Positions 18,838-26,132 of a stretch of 32,000 nucleotides of DNA are shown piece by piece. The notes below the pieces were generated by a model. The model was not told the DNA's origin. It saw only the letters and a list, made by a program, of their open reading frames with translations, and did no database searches. Each line of letters starts with the position of its first letter. Position 1 is the first letter of the stretch. The translations under genes and the position numbers were made by a program. Source of the stretch: Pseudoalteromonas translucida KMM 520 (GTDB lineage Bacteria; Pseudomonadota; Gammaproteobacteria; Enterobacterales; Alteromonadaceae); the NCBI RefSeq assembly GCF_001465295.1, contig NZ_CP011034.1:1140001-1172000 (forward strand), read 5' to 3'.

Positions 18838-19011
18838 ATGGACTCTGTAAGTGGTTTAACCGTAGACACCAGCCAAGTGATGCTTGATGCAATATATAAT
18901 CATAAAGCGGGGAGCTTTTACGTAGAGTACAGTATGTGGGTCGATGAAGCCGAGCAAATATTTGAAGCTGCTGATGAGTTGTTGATTAGCTATCGATTCG
19001 ATTTTTGCTGA
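18838..19011 (+). CDS. Possible 57-aa acidic protein, start 1 nt after the preceding stop
   Basis: Sequence MDSVSGLTVDTSQVMLDAIYNHKAGSFYVEYSMWVDEAEQIFEAADELLISYRFDFC. The TAG-c-ATG junction suggests coupling, and there is no SD of its own. It ends just before a strong terminator. Confidence 0.3.
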   Translation: MDSVSGLTVDTSQVMLDAIYNHKAGSFYVEYSMWVDEAEQIFEAADELLISYRFDFC

Positions 19012-19016
19012 TGCAT

Positions 19017-19051
19017 AAAAAAGGGCGCCAATATTATTGGCGCCCTTTTTT
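19017..19051. terminator. Strong bidirectional rho-independent terminator
   Basis: 10-bp GC-rich stem gggcgccaat/attggcgccc with loop att. An A-run lies on the left and a T-run on the right. It serves the convergent units on both sides. Confidence 0.9.
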
Positions 19052-19055
19052 GTTA

Positions 19056-19166
19056 TTACTTAGATTTTCTCTTTCTTGGTTTTGCAACTTCGACAGTATT
19101 TGATTCTTTCAGTTTACGTTTTTCTTTTAACGATAAAGCGGGTTTTTTCTTATCATTTTTAGACAT
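19056..19166 (-). CDS. Highly basic micro-protein, 36 aa (copy A): MSKNDKKKPALSLKEKRKLKESNTVEVAKPRKRKSK
   Basis: Not in the ORF track because it is under 60 aa. SD aggtggtga lies upstream of the ATG and a terminator follows immediately. A paralog 394 nt upstream differs mostly by synonymous changes and one in-frame codon indel. Confidence 0.65.
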   Translation of the reverse strand: MSKNDKKKPALSLKEKRKLKESNTVEVAKPRKRKSK

Positions 19167-19300
19167 ATTCACCACCTAAACAATAAATAATAGATTAATA
19201 TAAAATACTTTTTTACCAACTAAAACCCTATCAACAATCAAGGTAAGTTACCTCCTTACTTTGTCGAAAATAAACGTTAGTTACTTATAAATTATTCGCA

Positions 19301-19388
19301 TTAAAAGTGAAGCGGGGGTTAGTTTCCTTCTACCGATAAGCCGACTGATCCAAGTTCGGCATAATCGTAAATAACCACCGCAGCTCAC
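19301..19388 (-). terminator. Long structured element ending in a U-run (probable terminator of micro-protein gene B)
   Basis: On the minus strand the outer stem is gtgagc.gcgg / cccgc.ttcac, followed by ttttaa. An inner 5-bp hairpin pairs gccga with tcggc (19340-19360). Confidence 0.45.
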
Positions 19389-19449
19389 TTTATTTACCTA
19401 ATTAAAGGCATAGCTAATAACTTTAAAACCCAGCGTTATTCAAAGTAGC

Positions 19450-19563
19450 TTAAGCCTTTCTCTTTTTCCTTGGTTTTGCCACTTCGGTTGTATTCGATTC
19501 TTGTTTTAACTTACGTTTTTCTTTTAACGATAACTGTGGTTTTTTCATATCATTTTTAGACAT
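19450..19563 (-). CDS. Highly basic micro-protein, 37 aa (copy B): MSKNDMKKPQLSLKEKRKLKQESNTTEVAKPRKKRKA
   Basis: SD aggtga upstream. Paralog of copy A, with a conserved leader of about 100 nt. Confidence 0.65.
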   Translation of the reverse strand: MSKNDMKKPQLSLKEKRKLKQESNTTEVAKPRKKRKA

Positions 19564-19920
19564 ATCATCACCTATTAATAAATAACAAATTAATTACTTC
19601 TGCTTTTAGTAAACTAAAAATTAAAGAAACAATATCAATCGGCTATTCACCTCCTTTAATAAGATTAAATAATTACTGCTCTTCGTTTATATTGCTTAAA
19701 ACTAAACGAAGAAACTTTATGCTTTTACTGTATTTAATAACCAAATTTGCCACGCGCTATACAAGAGCGCATAAATAATATTGATAATAAAAACACAGTA
19801 ATATTTAAATTTCACTTTAATCTAGGCGATAGAAAGCTTGCCGAGAATGGCCTAAATTAAAGTTAAATTAAAAATTTATAGTAAATTCTGTGAAACAGAT
19901 GGACGCAGAGAAGCGTCCGC

Positions 19921-19992
19921 TTAAGCGGGGAATTTTAGGGCGAAGCTCCCCAAACAAATAATATAATTAAATAAAAAAATATATGTTTTCAT
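19921..19992 (-). CDS. Possible 23-aa hydrophobic micro-ORF: MKTYIFLFNYIICLGSFALKFPA
   Basis: ATG preceded by ggag, but the spacing is very short. The stop is followed directly by the hairpin ggacgc/gcgtcc (19901-19918). Speculative. Confidence 0.2.
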   Translation of the reverse strand: MKTYIFLFNYIICLGSFALKFPA

Positions 19993-20300
19993 AGCTCCAA
20001 TATAGCAGCTTAAATAATAACTACAAGCTATCTTAGATGCTTTAATTAAAGATTAAATTTATGGGTAAAATAGACATGAACTTATTAAAAAGCAATCCAT
20101 TTTTTAAGCGTATAACTTATGCGGCTCTCAAGTAAGCAAAGAAAATAGATGGCAAAAGATTTATTATTTTAACCAACTCCCTACCTCAAGTTAATGGAGT
20201 TAACGTCGTACTGTACTTATTAACACCAACACGACCAAATTAAAGGCTTAATCTTGCAATGCTCGCCATTAATAGCTGCAAGTATAAATAGCAATTAGTT

Positions 20301-20327
20301 ATAAAAATCCCATATAGCATATGGGAT
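20301..20327 (-). terminator. Rho-independent terminator for the 20440-20934 gene
   Basis: 9-bp stem atcccatat/atatgggat with a 3-nt loop, followed on the minus strand by ttttat. Confidence 0.7.
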
Positions 20328-20439
20328 TAATATAGTGTGTTTTTAAACGCTAGCTATAATATGCGACATTTTTTGTAACAAGAGTTAAAAACAGGTTTAA
20401 ATATTTACACCTGCTAGGCTAAAGTAAATAAAGTTATTT

Positions 20440-20934
20440 TTATTTGAAACTTCTAGTTTGAGCACCCCATGCAAAAACTAATGCGTAAAGTATATGGCCA
20501 ATGAGTGCAACCCAAGTGGTTTCGGTGAAGCCGATAAACGGCGGCAGACCAATAATTAAATGCGCCACAACGTAGAGTGCGAATACCCAAAGTACAATAC
20601 CGTACACTACAGCTGTAATACTCCAGTGAAGCGAGGGCATGATTGCTTTGCGCATTGGTAGTACTACAAATAACCAGCCTAATGGGTAAAGTATTAAGCC
20701 TGTAATATAGTGAATCAATTCGGGAGTTCCTGTAGGTACTGTACCGAATATAACCTCAATCATAGTTCTGGGGAGCTTAATTGTTGATAGCTCAGCAAAA
20801 CCTAGAAGAGGAGACAGCGATGGCCCCCAAAAATCAAAGATAACCGTAGCGAGTGCGCCTGCAAATAGCATTATTAAAATAGACGAAAACATATTCGCCG
20901 AGAGACGTTCACTTTCATTATCGTGATTAGTCAT
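20440..20934 (-). CDS. Small integral membrane protein, 164 aa, family not recognised
   Basis: Four to five hydrophobic helices. SD aagga lies upstream of the ATG. Confidence 0.7.
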   Translation of the reverse strand: MTNHDNESERLSANMFSSILIMLFAGALATVIFDFWGPSLSPLLGFAELSTIKLPRTMIEVIFGTVPTGTPELIHYITGLILYPLGWLFVVLPMRKAIMPSLHWSITAVVYGIVLWVFALYVVAHLIIGLPPFIGFTETTWVALIGHILYALVFAWGAQTRSFK

Positions 20935-21123
20935 AGTTTTTTCCTTGTCGAGAGCAAGCTGATAGTTCCTTAAATGGCTTGTCTCAGTAAGCGTTCAAAA
21001 GATTATAAAGCCCCGTGGCATGTAGTACTAGCTGAGGACTGAGGTAGGCTGTCGCGTTTGACCTTTAATAACGGCACAAGCGACATTTAATAAAAGATTA
21101 ACGTGGCTGATAGTATACCGCTG

Positions 21124-21153
21124 TTTATAGTTTGTAAATGTCTTTTATATCAA
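21124..21153 (-). promoter_or_regulatory. Putative sigma70 promoter (TTGATA-18 nt-TATAAA) for the 20440-20934 gene
   Basis: Both hexamers read on the minus strand. This promoter would give a leader of about 180 nt. Confidence 0.35.
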
Positions 21154-21685
21154 GTATAGCAAGGCTTACAGCAGGTTACGTATACAATTTATAAATATTT
21201 AATTATAGTTAAACTGTAATTATTTAATTTGTTAAAATGATGTTGTCGGGAGTTGGTAACAATATCAATCTTATTAAAAATATGATCATTGTAGCTTATT
21301 AAATAGCTTACCTATTATTTTAGGTAATAATATAAAATGAAGCTTAAAGCAGACGCTGAAAATGAATTTTTAGTAGCAAATTAAATGGCTAATTTAACTT
21401 TTTAATCTCTGCGAGTTTAATTCCTCGTCGCTTGCGGCGTAAAGGTTATTGACCTTTAACAGCTAATTAAAATATCCTTCTTTGCGAAGCGAAAATTTTG
21501 GCACGGGGTAATTCATTCCTCACTTTCATTCATTTTATTGAATATAAGTATAGAGTGAGGGCTTATACATTTTTACTGTGTAAATTTTTATTATTTAAAA
21601 ATGATTACGTAGCAATACTTTAAGTTATTTGTTAAAACTATTAAATTATTATTCTAGGTTTAAATGTGAGTATAAGGAGTATTTT

Positions 21686-21856
21686 ATGTCGAAAAAAGTA
21701 GTAACTTTTGAATACGAAAAAGAAACAAAAAACAGTGTTCGTTACAAAGAAGTGCCTGATGAAGGCGTTGCCCCTATTGTAGGATCTTTGTATGTTCAGA
21801 AGTGGTTTGCTGGGAATAGCAAAACGATTGAAATAACGATAGATAAAAAAGACTAA
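21686..21856 (+). CDS. Small hypothetical protein, 56 aa: MSKKVVTFEYEKETKNSVRYKEVPDEGVAPIVGSLYVQKWFAGNSKTIEITIDKKD
   Basis: Strong SD aaggag 6 nt upstream of the ATG at 21686; the track TTG start at 21629 is unlikely. The sequence looks beta-rich. Confidence 0.6.
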   Translation: MSKKVVTFEYEKETKNSVRYKEVPDEGVAPIVGSLYVQKWFAGNSKTIEITIDKKD

Positions 21857-22058
21857 TTAGCGGCATTATTTTTGCGCCATAGTTTTTGTTTAGGTAAAAA
21901 CGACTAGTAAATAGTGCGTTTTATTTAAGAGCGCATAATATATTTTTAAACTAATAAAGTTTTTTATAGCGTATTATAGTAGCTCATTTATTATTTATAT
22001 TAGGCTTAAGTAAAAGTACGCTAGCCTCACAAATTTTACTAACAAGGAAGTTGTATAG

Positions 22059-22502
22059 ATGAAGTATTTTATTTTAATCTCTATTTTAATTATTAGTGGG
22101 TGTACATCAACACCTAAAGTTATATCTAACTCGGATATAACCAGCACTATGAATTTAATTGCCCTCACAGAAGAAGCTGCTCCTGCAGGAATAAAAGGCG
22201 TATTTAAGTTATCAATAAAGGCGGCAGGCATTCAAAACAGTGGTATTTATTTAAATACAGAATTGGATTATAGAGATAGAAGAAATGTGAGTGTCGCTAT
22301 TCACCCTAGAACAGTAAATGCTTTTATAAAAAAGTATGGAACTTCGCCCGATTTATATTTTATTAATAAAACTATTGAAGTTACGGGCGAGGCTAAACGT
22401 ATGATAATTGATTTTTACGCTATGGGTAAAAAAACAGAAAAGTACTATTTTCAAACACATATAAATATAACATCACTCGATCAGATAAAAGTATTGGACT
22501 AG
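22059..22502 (+). CDS. Lipoprotein, 147 aa, function unknown
   Basis: Signal peptide with lipobox ISGC (MKYFILISILIISGC). SD aaggaag upstream. Confidence 0.7.
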   Translation: MKYFILISILIISGCTSTPKVISNSDITSTMNLIALTEEAAPAGIKGVFKLSIKAAGIQNSGIYLNTELDYRDRRNVSVAIHPRTVNAFIKKYGTSPDLYFINKTIEVTGEAKRMIIDFYAMGKKTEKYYFQTHINITSLDQIKVLD

Positions 22503-22528
22503 GTGAGTTATTAAATAAACTATAATTT

Positions 22529-22554
22529 GTCGGGTGGCGCTGCGTTTATCCGAC
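22529..22554. repeat. REP-like extragenic palindrome
   Basis: Sequence gtcgggtggcgctgcgtttatccgac. Its reverse complement, gtcggataaacgcagcgccacccgac, has the CGGATAA...CCG.C architecture of enterobacterial REP units. Only one copy is in this window. Confidence 0.5.
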
Positions 22555-22876
22555 TTTAGCTTGTACCCTGTTTTTATTTTAATATCGCTAATATTGGCTT
22601 TTCAAGCCGTAATTTAGCAACTAATTTTACGCTATATTCCTGCAATTCTTAATAAAAAAAGTTGTAATAAAAGCCACACATTAAGCGCAATTTAGATTCT
22701 TCCTTTATATTTCCTGCCTCTGAGGCGCTATGATATTTAGCGTTACTTTGTTTCTAATTTTTAACATTAAAATTTACTCGTTACGAGTAAAAATTCTTGT
22801 TGGACTTAAACCGCTATTTTTCTTTTAATGCGCGCAATTAGCCAGTTCGGCATTTCTAAATAAAAGAGAAAGATAA

Positions 22877-24790
22877 ATGAAAGAAACAACATCACTAGAA
22901 CAAGCTCGCACGAGCTACAATGTTCGTCATTGGAGCCAAGGTTTTTTTGGTATTAATGAACAAGGTGATGTATATGTTGCGCCTAAAGCTGATGCACCAG
23001 AGCAAACTATTGCACTGACCGACATTGCTAAGCAACTAGAAGACAAAGGCTTAAGCTTGCCTGCATTAGTACGTTTTCCGCAAATATTACATCATCGTGT
23101 GCACAGCTTATGTGCTGCATTTAATACCGCGATTGCAGATTACGGCTACCCTAAAGATTATTTATTAGTTTACCCAATTAAAGTAAACCAACAGCGTGAA
23201 GTGGTTGAAGAAATTGTTGCCAGCCAAGCACAACTAGAAAAAAAACAACTCGGTTTAGAAGCAGGTAGCAAGCCAGAATTACTAACCGTACTAGCATTGG
23301 CTGAAAAAACCAGTGCGGTGATTGTATGTAACGGTTACAAAGATAAAGAGTATGTACGCTTAGCGCTAATAGGCGAAAAACTAGGCCATAAAGTATACAT
23401 AGTGCTTGAAAAGCTCTCTGAGCTCGACATGGTTCTTAGCCAAGCTAAAGAATTAAATGTAAAGCCACGCATTGGTATTCGCGTGCGCTTGGCATCGCAA
23501 GGTAAAGGTAAATGGCAAGCAAGTGGCGGCGAAAAATCAAAGTTTGGTTTATCGGCATCACAAGTCTTGCATGTGGTTAATCGCTTAAAAGAATCGGATC
23601 AACTTGATTTAGTGCAATTGGTGCATTTTCACTTAGGTTCGCAAATGGCGAATATTCGAGATGTACGTTTAGGTGTAAGTGAAGCTGCACGGTTTTACTG
23701 TGAGTTACGTAAACTAGGTGCAAAAATTGAGTGTCTTGATGTGGGCGGTGGTTTAGCTGTTGACTACGATGGTACCCGTAGCCAGTCACATAACTCAATG
23801 AACTATAGCTTAGCTGAATACGCTAACAATATTGTGTACACCATAGGCGACATTTGTAAGCAGTATGAACAGCCGTTTCCTACAATTATTTCAGAGTCGG
23901 GGCGTGCACTTACTGCGCACCATGCCGTGCTTATATCAAATGTAATTGGTACTGAAAGTTATACACCTGAAGAAATTGAAGCACCGACTGATGATGCTCC
24001 GCAGTTACTTAAAAATATGTGGATGTCGTGGCAGCAACTGCACGTACTAACTGATGACCGTGCATTAATTGAAATTTATCACGATAGCCAAGGCGATTTA
24101 GCCGAAGCACATAATCAGTTTGCAATGGGGTTACTAAACTTAACCCAGCGTGCGTGGGCTGAGCAAACAAATTTACGAGTGTGTTATGAGCTTAATAAGC
24201 ATATGGACAACAAAAACCGCTTTCATCGGCCAATAATTGACGAGCTTAATGCACGTTTAGCCGACAAGTTTTTTGTAAACTTCTCGTTGTTTCAATCACT
24301 ACCAGATGCGTGGGGGATTGATCAGGTGTTTCCGGTGTTGCCATTAAGTGGCTTAACCGAAGCGCCAAAAAAACGTGCAGTATTACTGGATATTACTTGT
24401 GATTCTGACGGTGCACTTAACCATTATGTTGATGGCCAAGGCATTGAAAGTACACTACCAGTACCTGAGTTTAGTGCAGATAAACCATATTTAATGGGGT
24501 TTTTCTTGGTGGGTGCTTATCAAGAAATATTAGGTGATATGCATAATTTATTTGGCGATACGCACAGCGCTATGGTGAACATGGATGAGTACGGCGTAGC
24601 CAGCATTACCGAAATAAACCAAGGCGATACTGTAGCCGATATGATGCGTTACGTGCATTTAGACGTTGAGAGTTTTCAGCAGTCGTATCAGCAGTTGGTA
24701 AGTAGCAAAATAGCAGAACACGAACAGCAAAGCGTTTTAGACGAATTGCAAAATGGCCTTGATGGCTACACTTATTTAGAAGAGCTATAA
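22877..24790 (+). CDS. speA: Biosynthetic arginine decarboxylase
   Basis: 637 aa. PLP-lysine context YPIKVNQ, plus [10 protein letters not shown] and CDSDG motifs. Followed by speB. Confidence 0.95.
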   Translation: MKETTSLEQARTSYNVRHWSQGFFGINEQGDVYVAPKADAPEQTIALTDIAKQLEDKGLSLPALVRFPQILHHRVHSLCAAFNTAIADYGYPKDYLLVYPIKVNQQREVVEEIVASQAQLEKKQLGLEAGSKPELLTVLALAEKTSAVIVCNGYKDKEYVRLALIGEKLGHKVYIVLEKLSELDMVLSQAKELNVKPRIGIRVRLASQGKGKWQASGGEKSKFGLSASQVLHVVNRLKESDQLDLVQLVHFHLGSQMANIRDVRLGVSEAARFYCELRKLGAKIECLDVGGGLAVDYDGTRSQSHNSMNYSLAEYANNIVYTIGDICKQYEQPFPTIISESGRALTAHHAVLISNVIGTESYTPEEIEAPTDDAPQLLKNMWMSWQQLHVLTDDRALIEIYHDSQGDLAEAHNQFAMGLLNLTQRAWAEQTNLRVCYELNKHMDNKNRFHRPIIDELNARLADKFFVNFSLFQSLPDAWGIDQVFPVLPLSGLTEAPKKRAVLLDITCDSDGALNHYVDGQGIESTLPVPEFSADKPYLMGFFLVGAYQEILGDMHNLFGDTHSAMVNMDEYGVASITEINQGDTVADMMRYVHLDVESFQQSYQQLVSSKIAEHEQQSVLDELQNGLDGYTYLEEL

Positions 24791-24792
24791 GT

Positions 24793-25716
24793 ATGTCGAC
24801 TTTGTTTGATCATCCCGATCACTCATTGTATTCCAATGGGATGACCTTTTTACGTTGTCCTATGGTGCAAAATATTACCGCGATTGACGCCGATGTAGTG
24901 GTGCTTGGTTTGCCATTTGACATGGCGACCTCGGGCCGCCCGGGTGCACGTTTAGGCCCAGACGCGATTCGTCGTGCATCGGTGCATTTAGCGTGGGAAG
25001 GCACTAAGTATCCATGGACGTTTCCATTATTTGAGCATTTAAAAGTGGCCGATGCTGGAGACTTTACTTACCCGGTAGGCGACGCTGAGTATTTTACGGC
25101 GCAGCTTGAACAAGCCGCGAGTAAAATATTAAGCCAAGGGAAAACCTTATTAGGGCTAGGTGGCGATCATTTTGTGACTTTACCATTGCTACGCGCACAT
25201 GAAAAACAGCATGGCAAAATGGCCCTGGTGCACTTTGATGCGCACACAGATACTTACAGTAATGGCTCACGCTACGACCACGGTACCATGTTTTATCATG
25301 CGCCAATGGAAGGGTTAATTGATTTAGAGCACAGTATTCAAATTGGTATTCGCACCGACTTTGATCAAAGCAAGCATGGGTTTGCAGTGATTGATGCCAT
25401 GCAAGCCAACGATTTATCGGCAAACGATATTGCTGCGCAAATAATTGCGCGAGTAGGCGATTTACCTGTTTATTTAACCTTTGATATTGATTGCCTTGAT
25501 CCGGCGTTTGCACCTGGTACAGGCACTCCCGTGTGTGGTGGTTTAACATCAGACAAAGTGCTTAAAATATTACGTGCTTTAAAAGGCATTAATATGGTGG
25601 GTATGGATGTAGTAGAGGTATCGCCAGCGTATGATCAAAGTGAAGTAACCGCGATTGCTGCAGCAACCATTGCGCATGAGCTTTTGCACTTATGGGCATA
25701 TAAAAATAAGTATTAA
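24793..25716 (+). CDS. speB: Agmatinase
   Basis: 307 aa. Ureohydrolase Mn-binding motifs GGDH, HFDAHTD and DIDCLDP. Starts 3 nt after speA. Confidence 0.95.
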   Translation: MSTLFDHPDHSLYSNGMTFLRCPMVQNITAIDADVVVLGLPFDMATSGRPGARLGPDAIRRASVHLAWEGTKYPWTFPLFEHLKVADAGDFTYPVGDAEYFTAQLEQAASKILSQGKTLLGLGGDHFVTLPLLRAHEKQHGKMALVHFDAHTDTYSNGSRYDHGTMFYHAPMEGLIDLEHSIQIGIRTDFDQSKHGFAVIDAMQANDLSANDIAAQIIARVGDLPVYLTFDIDCLDPAFAPGTGTPVCGGLTSDKVLKILRALKGINMVGMDVVEVSPAYDQSEVTAIAAATIAHELLHLWAYKNKY

Positions 25717-25742
25717 ATTAAACTAAATAAAACACTAATAAA

Positions 25743-25774
25743 TAGGGCACCCTTAAAGCGTGCCCTATTTTTTT
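25743..25774 (+). terminator. Rho-independent terminator after speB
   Basis: Stem tagggcac/gtgcccta with a 9-nt loop, followed by a 7-T run. Confidence 0.85.
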
Positions 25775-25922
25775 GCGCCCAATAAAAGTAGTATAATTTT
25801 TTAGTCGTGTTTATTATCCAGAATTTAGGTTATTTACATATCATTCTATTATAAGCTCGTCAGGCTCAGTCTATACTGAGCTTAATTATCCACTTATAAA
25901 AACTAAAATAGGATACTTTTTT

Positions 25923-26132
25923 ATGCTTCAGGCTGTTGTTTTAGGAGGGCTAGAATTTAGCCCTTTGGTTGTTTATTTTCCCATAGCATTTTTATTAACA
26001 GCGCTGAGTCGTTTTATTTTGCATCGTTTAGATTGGCACGATCGCATTTGGCGGGTTGCCTGGTTTGAGGTGTCTTTATTTGTGTGTTACTTAGCATTAA
26101 CCGTATATTTATTAAGTGGAAGAATAATTTGA
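25923..26132 (+). CDS. aaeX: AaeX-like small membrane protein (DUF1656)
   Basis: 69 aa with two TM helices. Overlaps the next gene by ATGA, matching the E. coli aaeXAB architecture. Confidence 0.7.
   Translation: MLQAVVLGGLEFSPLVVYFPIAFLLTALSRFILHRLDWHDRIWRVAWFEVSLFVCYLALTVYLLSGRII

Noticed and set aside
19167-19265. Leader peptide opened by the TTG that follows the conserved upstream AAGGAGG in micro-protein leader A (21 codons, ending at the SD of the main ORF).
   Set aside because: In copy B the TTG at the equivalent position opens only a 5-codon ORF with unrelated sequence. The peptide is therefore not conserved, and the AAGGAGG element itself is kept as an observation.
20071-20142. 23-aa plus-strand ORF MGKIDMNLLKSNPFFKRITYAALK, together with several other ORFs of 7-21 codons in the 19.6-21.6 kb noncoding stretches.
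   Set aside because: They have no Shine-Dalgarno and no paralog or other support. ORFs of this length are expected by chance in AT-rich DNA.
20935-21120. TPP riboswitch, suggested by acggggc ... cugaga in the membrane-protein leader.
   Set aside because: The rest of the TPP consensus (ACCUGAUCUGGAUAAUGCCAGCG-like element) is missing, and the order and spacing of the elements do not fit.
18293-22876. Integron cassette array, CRISPR array, retron or defence island as an explanation for the short ORFs separated by hairpins.
   Set aside because: - There is no intI, cas, reverse transcriptase, nuclease or ATPase gene.
- The hairpin elements do not share a common repeat sequence or GTTRRRY-type boundaries.
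- The ORFs are on both strands.
- There are no regularly spaced direct repeats.
25094-25549. 151-aa antisense ORF inside speB. Similar antisense ORFs occur in speA and speB (23577-23798, 24819-25004), aaeA/aaeB (26949-27248), the TrmH gene (29290-29613), the MFS gene (17303-17494), the TauE-like gene (17970-18281) and the lipoprotein gene start (21995-22231).
   Set aside because: All lie opposite strongly supported genes. The 151-aa one is long, but it is Gln/His/Leu-rich with no start signals.
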